From the NCBI GenBank assembly GCA_965603825.1, contig CBFDEM010000003.1:372001-436000 (forward strand): a stretch of 64,000 bases of DNA. Direction: 5' to 3'. A program made the position numbers and the translations under genes. The DNA comes from Blepharisma stoltei ATCC 30299. Its lineage: Eukaryota; Protista; Ciliophora. A model generated the notes under the pieces. The model did no database searches. It saw only the letters and a list, made by a program, of their open reading frames with translations, and had not been told where the DNA came from. This document shows positions 49,901-62,000 of the stretch, in pieces; positions within the stretch are counted from its first letter, which is position 1, and each line of letters starts with the position of its first letter.

Positions 49901-50444
49901 AAAAAGCAAAGAACTTAAAGAAAGCATAAAAGTTAAAGAAACAAAAATTCAAGAGCTTAAATGCGAAAGAGATTTACTACTCTCCAAACTGCAAATATTT
50001 AGAAAAAAAGAAACAGAAAATGATAAAAATCAGAAAATTGCATATACACTTGATGAATTGCATGACAAAGTAAGGGTAGCTGAGCAGAGATTTGAGCACC
50101 TTCATAAGTTATCTAAACGGCAAGAATATTTATATATATCTTGCTTAGGAAGCTTAGAGCAGCTATGAGGAAGATTTGCGGTAGAAAAAAATTATGATAT
50201 TGACTCAACGAATATAAAGAAGGTTATTTCAACACTAGATAACAGGATTTGTGAAATGAAAAATAAGCTTGGAGACTCTTTCAGGCTGAGAATTAAGTCT
50301 GTAAATGAGTTTCCTATTTCAAAGAGTTCAGAGAGGTCAATTATTGAAAATCATGACGTGCTGGATGTGAAAGAAGTTTCTCATTTTGAGAGAAAAGGGG
50401 AAAGAAAAAATACAAAGCTCTTAAGATATATGAGCATGCAATAA
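46928..50444 (+). CDS. NACHT-like P-loop NTPase (NPHP3/TTC41/TEP1-like) with C-terminal coiled coil
   Basis: Walker A GNSGSGKS, Walker B LILVIDGVD, WLP and GNPLYL motifs. Introns 46963-46977 and 47291-47306; several TGA=W. Confidence 0.8.
46963..46977 (+). other. 15-nt intron GTAATTTCTATTAAG
   Basis: GT-AG ends, A at position 10; links ATG 46928 to ORF 47030. Confidence 0.8.
47291..47306 (+). other. 16-nt intron GTAAATTTCTATTTAG
   Basis: Explains the frame change between ORFs 47030-47344 and 47337-48188; A at position 11. Confidence 0.88.
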
Positions 50445-51003
50445 TATATGCAAGTAAATTTTGATTATTAATATTTTTGTGATGTTCTTTGAGTCTAAAA
50501 ATTATTTAGATTAAGTAAGATTTTTTAAGATTACCAGTTCTTATAAAATCAAGTGATTTTATGATTTTGGGTATGTAAGCTTTTCTTTTATATGACTCAA
50601 TTTAGAGTCAGCTTTTATTAATCCGAAGTTTATTTATTAAATTATCTTTTCTTTTTAAAGATTTTGTTTTCCTCGCCTTTAAATCTTGAAGACACTCAGT
50701 TCATATTTAAATAGTTCAAATATTGCATTCCATATTTTTCTACTAATTTTAAAAGACCGAATAAATCCCCAACTCCAGATTAAGATTCTGTAAAGATCTC
50801 TTTCAAAATTTATATCAGGATTTAATTATATAAACATTTCCATTTCAATTGCATGGGTCGGCTATAATCGCAACTAAAACTAAGGCTTCTAATAATATTA
50901 AATACGATGAGTTTTCGATTCTATGCATTATTTTTTGTGATATTAACTAATTTCTTTTTTTCACATTTCATTCCTCATTAATTATTAAATTGTATTAATT
51001 AAG

Positions 51004-51825
51004 ATGAGTTCAGATCGAAACTTCTCAAAAATCAGAATTGAGTTACAAATTATCCAATCTGGAACTTCTCAAGATATTTCTATCCCAAATATAGACTCCA
51101 AACTTATAGCTTGCAACCAAAACGACAATTTTCTCATTCAACCCTTACTTAAATTTCTATCAGATCATCATCAAAATCTAGAGCATACAATGGTTTCTTT
51201 GTTTTCTAGCATAAAAAAAGTTTTTGTATATTCAGGAAACTATCCTTTACCTGGCGACCTTCAGGTTTCTGCAAATGAATTCATTTCAAATTCCACAATA
51301 AAATTAAGATTCCGATACACAAGAGATTATGAGTCATCAAAAACAGCTCAAGTTGAGCAAGGAGCTGAAGAGGATAATGAGTCTGATAGCGGCGCAAAAG
51401 GGAGTAAAAGGACTAAAGAAAGGAAGGTCGGCGTCATAATAGAAAAAGTAGCTCAGTGGAGAAACTTATATAACGGAGTCCCAAACTCTAACGGAGAAAT
51501 GGTTAGGCTGACTTTAGAAGAAGCTGCCACAAAGGTCGGAATTTCGAAAAAATCTCTTGATGACTATCTGTTACAATTGAGATTTGGCAGGAAATATGGG
51601 TTCAATTTTGAAGAGCATAAAAATGATAAAGTTGGGCTATTAAGAGCTTTTGTAAAAAAATTCAAAAAAATCCAATCTGACCTTTCAAAAGTGAAGCCTG
51701 GTGAGACAATTCCAAGTGAGCTTGAGCAGCAGATAAATGAAAAAGGCACGCCACTGTGTAAATCTAAAAAATGTTGTGTGCCACCTTCTGGGATTTTAAA
51801 GGTTCCAGGACAAAGTTCAAATTAA
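51004..51825 (+). CDS. Putative DNA-binding protein with an HTH-like ciliate domain
   Basis: LTLEEAATKVGISKKSLDDYLLQLR has HTH spacing; basic KRTKERK precedes it. Confidence 0.7.
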   Translation: MSSDRNFSKIRIELQIIQSGTSQDISIPNIDSKLIACNQNDNFLIQPLLKFLSDHHQNLEHTMVSLFSSIKKVFVYSGNYPLPGDLQVSANEFISNSTIKLRFRYTRDYESSKTAQVEQGAEEDNESDSGAKGSKRTKERKVGVIIEKVAQWRNLYNGVPNSNGEMVRLTLEEAATKVGISKKSLDDYLLQLRFGRKYGFNFEEHKNDKVGLLRAFVKKFKKIQSDLSKVKPGETIPSELEQQINEKGTPLCKSKKCCVPPSGILKVPGQSSN

Positions 51826-52040
51826 ATATAATCAAATCTTTCATCTAAATTTTTTGGTTTTAATATTATATTAAAGTTATATTCAAATTATTTATGCGTT
51901 ACAATTTAATTTTTATTTTTAGTTTATATTTGGTAAAAATGCTATTGAGAATTGGTGAGCTGTAAGAATGAGTTCTCTTTTTATACTTTTATTATAACAG
52001 TTTCAATTATGAGTCAACATTCTTGGCTTATATTATTTAA

Positions 52041-52574
52041 ATGGGTAGTGTAATGGCAACTCATAAGAAAAAGCAAAGAGTATAATATATATAGATAGCA
52101 AAAGCTGTAGAAGCAGTTATTTCTAATGATCCTTACTTTCATTATACGACTGAAGATACTACAATCCTACTTGAAGCAGTAAAAATAAATTAGAATAATT
52201 GGACACTTTTACATTTAGCTGTATGGCTGAATAAGGAAATTGCAATTAAAAAAATTTTGGAATTAAAGCCCAATATTGAGGCTCTAGATTCTAATGGAGA
52301 AACTGCGCTACATTTAGCCGAAATTTCCCAAAATGATGATATATATAAACTATTAAAAGTTGTTGGTGCAAACGATACAATTAAAAGTAAATATGGTAAA
52401 GGAAGCTCTTCGAACGGGAAATTAATTGAGATTGATCTCTGCAATGAACAAGCAAAAAAGATTGAAGTGCCTTCAATGGTAAGTACAGTTAAATCAACTG
52501 TTTCAGCTAAAAATGAAATATTCTTAAGTTCTGAAACAGATGAGCTGAATTTCGAAAAAGTTGAATTTTTATAA
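52041..52574 (+). CDS. Small ankyrin-repeat protein
   Basis: Two 15-nt introns (52080-52094, 52179-52193). WTLLHLAV and GETALHLA ankyrin motifs. Confidence 0.82.
52080..52094 (+). other. 15-nt intron GTATAATATATATAG
   Basis: GT-AG ends, A at position 10; removes TAA. Confidence 0.8.
52179..52193 (+). other. 15-nt intron GTAAAAATAAATTAG
   Basis: GT-AG ends, A at position 10; removes TAG just before the first ankyrin motif. Confidence 0.82.
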
Positions 52575-53083
52575 CTTTATACTGATTTTCATTTATGAAA
52601 AATCATGATAATAGATTGAATTTAAATAATTATAAGAAATATAAGAAAATTGGTATAAAAAAAAGCAAGAGAACTATATATAAGGAAATTTAAAAAATAA
52701 TTTTAGTATGACTAATCTTTCAATTATTTATGATTAATTAAATAGAAATGTTTACATTTCACATATAATCTGCATTTTACAAATTTTTTTCTATCACTTA
52801 TCTTTTCGATATAAAATATATTTCCATTTTTCAATTAGACCTCACCCGAAATCCTTAAGATTTTCCTCATATTTAGGCTCTCTCTCAAAATAATTATCCA
52901 TTTTCCTTTTCCTTTAAGTTTAATTTCCATTTCTATTGCTTTCTTATCTAGTTTATTTCACATTATTTAATTCGCCTCAATTTTGCACCAATCCTTCCCT
53001 TTATACAAAAAGACTTTAACTTTAATCTCGCGAGCCGTTAATCCAGTCTATTTAAGAAAAATGAACGGTGGAAATATAATAAT

Positions 53084-56000
53084 ATGGAAGAACAAAGACT
53101 TCTTGAGTTGGTTGAGAAGATCTTCTCAGGTCCGCCTGATGAACCTCAAACCACCTCTCAAAATCTACAAGCTCTCAATAAAGCTCTTCAAAAAGCCTCA
53201 GAAAGCACTTTACAAGCAGTCAGCGACTTGCTCAGCGATCTCGAAGGTCAAGGAAAAATCCCAATGGATGACGCAGACAAGTTCCATGATTACCTTGATG
53301 AAATCTCAGAAGGGAACAACCCCTCTTTCCCAGTCCTGACCTGCTTAGAAGGCCCAACAGCTCACAAGAAAGCATTAAATGCAGCCAAGCTATTCCACGC
53401 TATGCACAAGATCCACCTCGTCCGTCAATCGATGCTGCACAACTGCTTCACTGAGTTAAACGAGCACAAATGGGAAGTCAGAACAAGTGATATGAAAATC
53501 CTTCACGAACTTGAAGTAAAAAGGCTTAATTGTTCCCGTTTAGTTGCCCAGCTTAAAGGAGCTTTAGGAATGAACATGGAAAGGACCATTAGGCTTTGGC
53601 ATGGAAATGCTTTTACCCAGGACTCAGTCATTGAAGTAGACTCTTATGAAGAAAACTATACAACGACAAGGCATAAAAGGACTTTAAGTGAGTACGAAAA
53701 AAGGCAGAAAATTCACAATGCGATTACAGGATTTATTGGAAAAGGCTCAGTGTGTTTTGAACAGCTCGGATTTTGGAGATGGAGACTTAAAGTTCAAGAA
53801 ATCTTGGAAAATGAAGGAAGGGTTAAGGATGGTCTTGATGTCTGTGACGCGTTCTTCAGAAGACTTAATTCAAAGAAGGCAATGAAAAACTGGAAGTTTA
53901 TGCTTAAGCCGAGATGGGAGACGAAAAAGGATTTATTAGAAGAAATTATGAGAAGGGCAGAACTTAGACTGTTTTACGTTAAGAAACTTGCAGCTGAAAA
54001 ACTGAAGACAGCAGAAAAGCCTAAGGAAGAAGATGAGGAATTCGTGGAGTTAGTAGACAATCTTACAGCTAAAACAAAGCACATCAGCAATGTGCCGAAG
54101 AAGGAAAGAGCTCAAGCTGTGAGGGCAGCCAAAGTAAATATGCCAAATTCTAAGAAAAAATTAGGAGACATAGTCAAACATCTTCGTGAGGTCAGCGAAA
54201 ATAAAAAAAAACTGAAAGAAGTCGCTATTTCTTATTGGAAAACCAAAGCTCTAGACAAGCAAAAAGATAAAACTGATGATGCAACCAAAAATCTCGCTGC
54301 CACAGTAGTCAAGGAAATTCTTCAAAAGCAGCCTCGAGACAGCTTAAGAAAATGGAGAGACCTTATAATTGGTCCAAGCGACAAACAGTCTTCAGTTTTC
54401 AAAAACCTCGCAATGAACGCTATTAATATGAAAATTGCTCCAAAAATTGCCTTGCTCAAATGGAAGCTCGCTAAAACTCACAAATCAATTGGAGAATTCG
54501 CAGATAATGAAGATAAAACAGTTGAAAAATATAAGAAGTCTTTACTCCGCAGCGTATTTAAATCAAATAGAGCACTTAAGGACAGCTTACATCTATGGAA
54601 TACCAATGCTAAAGCAGAAGGCAGCAGCCAAACACAAGACAAAGTTACTCATATGATCAATGTCCTTAAGAAAATACTTAACCATAAATTAAATAAGTGC
54701 TTTAAAGAGCCAGCAGAACAGAAAACTAAAGAAGAAGTATTAGGAGAAGCTTTAATTAAAATATATAAGAACATCCATTATGTTCTAGGAAAAGCCTTTA
54801 ACAGATGGGCAAGATTCGTGCCAGATCAACCACGTCCTGAAGACAAAGAAAAAATAATGAAACTCGCTCTCATCAACATGTCAAAAGTCCCAAGAGAAGC
54901 CTTGCTTCGTGCATTCTACGTATGGAAAGGCCTTCTCCCACCCCCACAAGAAGAAGCCAAAACCCCAGCCTCTCGTACAAAAACTAACCCTGCCGCAGGC
55001 AAAAAAATTCCAAAAGATGGTCAAGCCCCAGAAGATGAAGACGAGCCAAGTGGAAAAAGACTTGCTTCTAGAGATCCTAAGACCATAACCAAAATTCCTG
55101 AAGGAAACGAACAAAACGCCAAAATTTTCTGTTTCCTTACAACATTGCAAAGAATTATTGCAGTGAAAACCAGAAAAGTCCTCAAGCCAATTTATATCGT
55201 AAAAGACGCTGATGCAATCCTTAGAGGCTATCTTAAGAAACTTCAGCTAGTTAGAAAGGGCTTATTAGAGACTGCAGTATTCAGATGGAAATATGCAGGT
55301 CTTGCTAAGAGATTTAGAGAAAAGGCAGGAGCTTTGTTTAGAGCTATTCAGCTTTCTACTGATCCTAGAAAAGACGCAATTAGTATATGGGGAGAAAAGA
55401 CCCGTGCAGCAAAATTAATAAAGCAGGTAAGGGCTGCTGAAAAACTTGGATCCACACTTAATAGAAGTGCAAGAGACAACTTGAGAAAAGGCTTAGACAC
55501 TATTAAGTCCAAGAAAAGCCTTAAGGATATATTAAATAGGGTTTGGAATCAGGTGAATAAGAAATATTTCTCTGATGAACATTCCTATTTCTTGAGATGG
55601 GCTATGGCAGTGAACTCAGAAAGAATCAGAGTTGCCCAATTAGAAAAAGATAAAGCTATTGGAGGAATCGTTCACTATTGGTCTGTTAACTATAAACTTA
55701 GGGTAAGACGTGGATTTAATGCTTTTTGCAAGAACTCAAAGCCGCTTAAGCTAAGATTTATTAGAGCTCTTGAGAAAGGACTAAGAGGTAAAGTCGGCCA
55801 TGCTTTTGACACATTGAAACTTAATGTTACAGGCTCACAAAAGCACGAATTGCCAGCACTAAAATTGGCAAATGCACTTAGACATCCTGTGAGACATTCA
55901 TTGAGAGATGGTTTCCAAAGAATCATTGGACTCAACATGAATATTGTGAAACCTTATATGAACAGCTTAATTAAAGGACTTGAACAAGATATGAAAGACG

Positions 56001-59000
56001 CCTTAAGGCTATGGAAAGACAATATCAATAAAGATAAAGTCGACAAACTCAAAGGCAAGAAAAATGCTATCAAAAAAGACTTGAAGAAAGAAGCTGTCAG
56101 AAGCGGCAAAGCAAGAGCTGTCAGCTTAGAAAAAACCATCCTCAAAGGAGTCATCCATAACAGACTTAACCAAGCCTTCAAAACAATTACTAGAGACCCA
56201 TACTCAAAGGTAAAACAGCCATTGGAAAACTTGAAAACTCAAATAGAGAAAATTCCTAGAGACGCTCTTAAGAAATGGAAAGATTTCGTCAATTCTGTCA
56301 AATCTGGAGAGCTACTTGATAACCTCAAAGCTATCAAGCTAAATAACCTTTTGCAAGCAATCCCTATCAGAACTTTGAGAAATGCTTATATGAGAATTAT
56401 CGGAGGAGGTAATAAGCTTGCAGGAGTCCTCAAAGCATTAGAGCTCAGAGTCCAAAATAAGCCCAGAGATGCGCTTAACAAGCTAAAAGAGCACGCTTTG
56501 AAATGCAAGAATGGAGAACTTCTTGACAACTTAAAAGCAGAAAAACTGAAAAATGCCTTAGCAAGAATCCCATCAAGGACTTTGAAAGATGCTAGCCAAA
56601 GAATCAAAGGAGACCCTAATAGCGTTAAAGCTACCTTAATTGACCTTGCCAAAATGGTTGAAAAAGCTCCAAGAGATGCCCTCAAAAAATGGAAAGACTA
56701 TCTCAAAGAAACAGAAAAAGACAAACTTAATAACGATCTTCATGGACAAAAACTCTTAAATACCTTAAATAAAATCCCTACTAGAACTTTGAGAGATGCC
56801 ACAAAAAGAATTAAAGGGGACGGAAATCCTATTGCAACAACTCTTAATGAGCTTGAGAAAAAAGCAATTAAAAGACCAAGAGAGGCATTGAGAAGATGGA
56901 AAGAACAAGTAGCATTGGATAAAATCAAAGCCATTCATGATGATAATCTTATCAAGCTTGCCCTTAAAGATTCAGTTAAATGTGTTAACGATGCTCTACG
57001 CAAAGCTTTATATAGATGGAAAGACCATACTTCAGGCATAGAACATGTAGAAAAGAAAGCTTTGAGTAATTTAGAAAATGTCAAACTGTTTGGAATGATC
57101 ACAACTTTACAAAGAATTGTTGCTCAAAAGACAAGGAAGTCGCTTAAACCTATTGTAATTGTTAAAGATGCTGATGCGATCCTTAGAAGATATCTTAGAA
57201 AACTGCATTTAGTTAAGAATCAACTGATGTCAACTGCCATTTTCAGATGGAAATACGCAGGACTTGCAAAGGTTTTCAGAGAAAGAGCTGGACAACTATT
57301 CACAGCAATCCTTCACTCAACTGATCCAAGACAAGATGCAGTCAATATTTGGGCTGAAAAAGTAAGGACAGCAAAACTAGTAAAGAAAATCAGAGCAGCC
57401 GACAAATTAAGTGCTGCTTTGAAGAAATGCTCACTAGATAGAATTAATCCAGCTTATAAAGACATCACAAGAGATCCACTTGAAAGGGTTAAACAGCCAC
57501 TGAGTAACTTAAAAGATGTTATTGAAAAAAGACCTAGAGACGCTGTCAGAAGATGGAAAAATTACGTCGATGATGTAAAGAAGGGCGCAATCCTTGATGC
57601 TCTTAAAGCAGCAAAGCTAAAAGATGCTCTTAATAAAGTCCCAACTAGAACTTTAAGAGACGCAACCCGAAGAATTAAAGGAGACGGCAACCCAATTGCA
57701 GCAATTCTAGATGATCTTGAGAAAAAAGCTATTAAAAGACCACGTGATGCGCTCAGAAGATGGAAGGACAGAGTCAATGAAGATAAATTCAAAGCAATCA
57801 GAGATACCCATCTCATTAAGCTCGCTTTGAAAGACTCAGTGAAATGCATAAATCTCATCCTTCGCAGATCTATAAATAGATGGAGATTGGCTATTCATGA
57901 TATTCAGCACACTGAAAAGAAAGCTTTAACAAATATAGAGAACGTAAAGTTATTCTGTATGATCACAACTTTACAAAGAATTGTTGCTCAAAAGACTCGA
58001 AGGTCACTGAAACCAATAGTTATTGTAAAAGATGCTGATGCGATACTTAGAAGATATCTTAGAAAACTGCATTTAGTTAAGAATCAACTGATGTCAACAG
58101 CTCTTTTCAGATGGAAATACGCAGGAATTGCACAAGGCTTCAGAGAAAAAGCTGGAAAACTATTCACAGCAATCCTACACTCAACTGATCCAAGAAGGGA
58201 TGCAATCAATATTTGGGCTGAAAAAGTAAGGACAGCAAAACTGGTAAAGAAAATCAGAGCAGCTGACAAATTAAGCACCACTCTCAAGACTTGTGGAAAC
58301 AACAAACTAAGACCTAGCTATGAAGCCATTGTTTCTCAGCATCAACTCAAAGAAAAACTCGACAAAAATGCTTTAAAGAATAGCAAACTAGCTAATGCTT
58401 TACTTAATCCCGCTCGCTCACGACTTCAAGCTGCATACAAAAGAATCATTGGCACCAAGTTCGACATGAAGCCATACCTGACCAACTTAGTCAAAGGCTT
58501 AGAAAACGACATGAAAGATGCTTTGCACTTATGGAAAGACAACATAAATAAAGATAAAGTCAAAAAACTCCAAGGCGAGAAAAAAGCTATCAAGAAGAAT
58601 CTTAAGCGTGAAGCCGTCAGAAGTGGTAAAGCCAGAGCTTCAAATCTAGAAAAAGCTATACTGAAAGGACCAATCCAAAACAGACTTGCTCAAGCATTCA
58701 AAGACATTGTCAGAGACCCATTAGAAAAGGTCAAACAGCCATTGAATAACTTGAAAGATGCACTGGAAAAGAAACCAAGAGATGCAGTAAGGATGTGGAA
58801 GAACTTTGTTGATGCAGTCAAAAAAGGAGAAATATTGGACCAAGTCAAAGCTACCAAATTGCAGAATGCACTTGAAAAAGTACCAATCAGGACTGAAAAA
58901 GACGCTTTGGCAAGAATTGTAGGTGGAGGAGATAAAGTTGCAGGAGCTCTTAGAGCATTAATCGACAATGCAAAGAAAGTACCTCGTGACGCACTTAGAA

Positions 59001-62000
59001 AACTCAAAGACCATGCAAGCAATTGCAAGAATGGCAAGATACTTGATAACCTCAAAGCTGCTAAACTTAAAAATGCCCTTGATAAAGTTCCTGTTAGAAC
59101 AGAAAAAGATGCATTAGTCAGATTGGTCGGAGGAGGAGATAAAGTTGCTGGAGTTCTTAGAGGATTGATCGACAACGCTAAAAAAGTACCTCGCGATGCA
59201 CTTAGAAAGCTTAAGGATCACGCAAACAAATGCAAGAATGGGCAAGTCCTTGATAACTTAAAATCTGCTAAGCTCGCGAACTTACTTGCAAAGATACCAA
59301 TTAGGACTGAAAAAGATGCTTTTGCCAGAATAATTGGTGGAGGTGACAAAGTTTCAGGAGTCCTCAGACAGCTCATAGACAACGCTAAGAAAGTACCTCG
59401 TGACGCACTTAAAAAACTCAGAGACCATGCAAACAAATGCAAGAATGGTCAAGTCCTTGACAACCTCAAATCCGCTAAGCTCACAAATGCACTTGCTAAA
59501 GTCCCAATTAGGACTGAAAAAGATGCATTGTCAAGAATCATTGGTGGCGGAAATAAAGTAGCAGGAGCTTTGAAAGGACTGATCCACAACGCTAAGAACT
59601 TACCACGTGACGCTTTCCAAAAACTCAAAGATAACGTAGCTAAATGCAAGAACGGTGAAACACTAGACAACCTTAAAGCCGCCAAACTTAAGAACGCACT
59701 TGCTAAAGTCCCAGTCAGGACTGAAAAAGATGCTTTGGCAAGAATTGTCGGTGGAGGTGACAAAGTCGCAGGAGCTCTCAAAGGATTGATTCACAATGCC
59801 AAGAATTTACCACGTGACGCTTTCCAAAAACTCAAAGATAATGTCACCAAATGCAAGAATGGCGAAACTCTTGACAACCTTAAAGCTGCAAAACTAAAGG
59901 ATGCCCTTGCTAAAGTTCCAATCAGGACTGAAAAAGATGCTTTGGCAAGAATAATCGGTGGAGGAGACAAAGTAGCAGGCGCTCTTAAAGGATTAATCCA
60001 CAACGCTAAAAATTTGCCACGTGACGCTTTCCAAAAACTAAAGGATAATGTTGCTAAATGCAAGAGCGGAAAAGTGCTTGATAATCTCAAGTCAGCAAAA
60101 CTGAAAAATGCCCTTGATAAGATTCCTATCAGAACTGAAAAAGACGCTTTTTCAAGAATTATTGGAGGAGGCAATAAAGTGAATGGAGCACTTAAATCAC
60201 TTATAAACAAGGCTGAAAGACTTCCACGTGATGCATTCCAAAAACTTAAGGATAATGTCACAAAATGCAAGAATGGAGAAATACTTGACAGTCTAAATGC
60301 ACAAAAGCTTAAAAATGTTCTAGCAAAATTACCTCTAAGGACCTTAAAAGATGCTCATGCAAGAATAATAGGAAGCGGAAACAAGGTGGCTGGTGCCCTT
60401 AAAGCCCTCATGCTTAGAGCCCAAAAAGTTCCACGTGATGCTTTGCAGAAACTCAAAGAGAACGCCCTTAAAGCTAAAAATGGAGAAGTACTTGATCATG
60501 CTAAAGCTCAAAAGCTCAGAATTGCCTTAGCTAAAATTCCAAGCAGAACACTTAGAGATGCTTACAAATCAATAGTAAAAGATGACTCACGTGTGAAAGC
60601 TGCTCTTAGAGCTTTAGGTCACTTATATGTAAGAATGCCTTCTGAAGCCTTACGTTTGTGGAGACTCGGTGCAGAAAGAACAAAAACTAATGAGCAAGCA
60701 GCAAAAGTAGCAGACACTGAAAAGAAGCTGAAAGGAGTCTTAATCAAAAATGCTCTTGAGAAGCCAGTTAGACGCCAAGTTAGATCAGCCAGAGAAAAAG
60801 CCCAGGTTACTGACAGAGTTAAGAACATCATTAAACTATTTATGCTCAGAGTTGCTGCAAGACCTAGAAACGCCTTTAATAGGTGGCTTCAAAATTCTAT
60901 CAGGAAAGAAACTAATGATGTAGCTGGAAAAATCAGAGCTGAGAAATTGAGATATATATTGGATTTGATACCTTTAAGAGCTATGAGACCTGCTTTCAAT
61001 GAAATTGCGAAAAGAGGTAGACCTGCTGTGAGAGATCCATTGAAGAATGTAGCAAAAGCATTTGCAAGAAGACCAAGACAAGCTCTTTATAAGTGGAAGA
61101 CATTTTTGCATTTAGTGAAAAATGACCAACTCTTAGACGCTGTAAAGGCTCAAAAGTTAAGAAATGCACTCGAGAGGATTCCGATAAGAACGATTAAGGA
61201 GAATTATGACTATATTTTGCAAAGACATGGAACGAAGGCTTTAGGAATATTGAGATTGTTGTTCAAACATTATCAAGAAATGCCTAGTGAAGCAATGAAG
61301 AAGTGGAAAGACTTTGTTAACAATTGCAAGCAAGGAGATCTTCTTAACGCTGTAAACGCTCAGAAACTTAAACTTGCCTTAGAAAGAATTCCTGTAAGAA
61401 CTATCAGAGACGCTCAACAAAGAATCTTAGGAGATGGTGACAAATTCGCCGGAAATGTCAGAAGAATCCTTATCCAGCTTCAAAAGAAACCGAGAGTTGC
61501 CTTCAACATCTGGAAACAGTACATTCAAGATTGTAAGACAAGAAACTTATTCGACAATGTCAGATGCCAGAAATTAAAGAACGCTTTGGAACGAATTCCT
61601 AAGAGAACACTCAAAGACGCAACTCAAAGAATCATTGGAGGAGGTGATAAAGTTAAAGGAGCAATCAAGAATGTAATGAATGCAATGATAAGGAAACCAA
61701 GAGACGCTCTTCAGAAGTGGAAAGACTACATTAAAGATTGCCAGACAAAGAAAGCTGTAAACGCTCTCAAAGCTAACAAACTTAAGAATTGCTTAGAGAA
61801 GGTTATTCCAAGAACTCTCAGAGACGCTCATAACCGAATTGTTGGCCAAGGAAGCAAGATATTAGGAGCTCTTCGCAGAATGGAAATTCAGCTCAAGAAT
61901 AAGCCACGAAACGCATTCAATAAATGGAAACTCTATCTTCAAGCTTGTAAAGAAAAAGGACTCCTCGACAATGTAAGAAGCCAAAAATTAGTTAACATTG

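Noticed and set aside
369-50444. Fragmented ORFs that suggest widespread pseudogenes or selenoproteins
   Set aside because: Breaks are TGA at conserved Trp (not Cys) positions or tiny introns, and the frames re-join cleanly.
6305-52193. All nine 15-nt introns contain an in-frame stop (possible NMD safeguard)
   Set aside because: Ascertainment bias: I found them because they interrupt frames.
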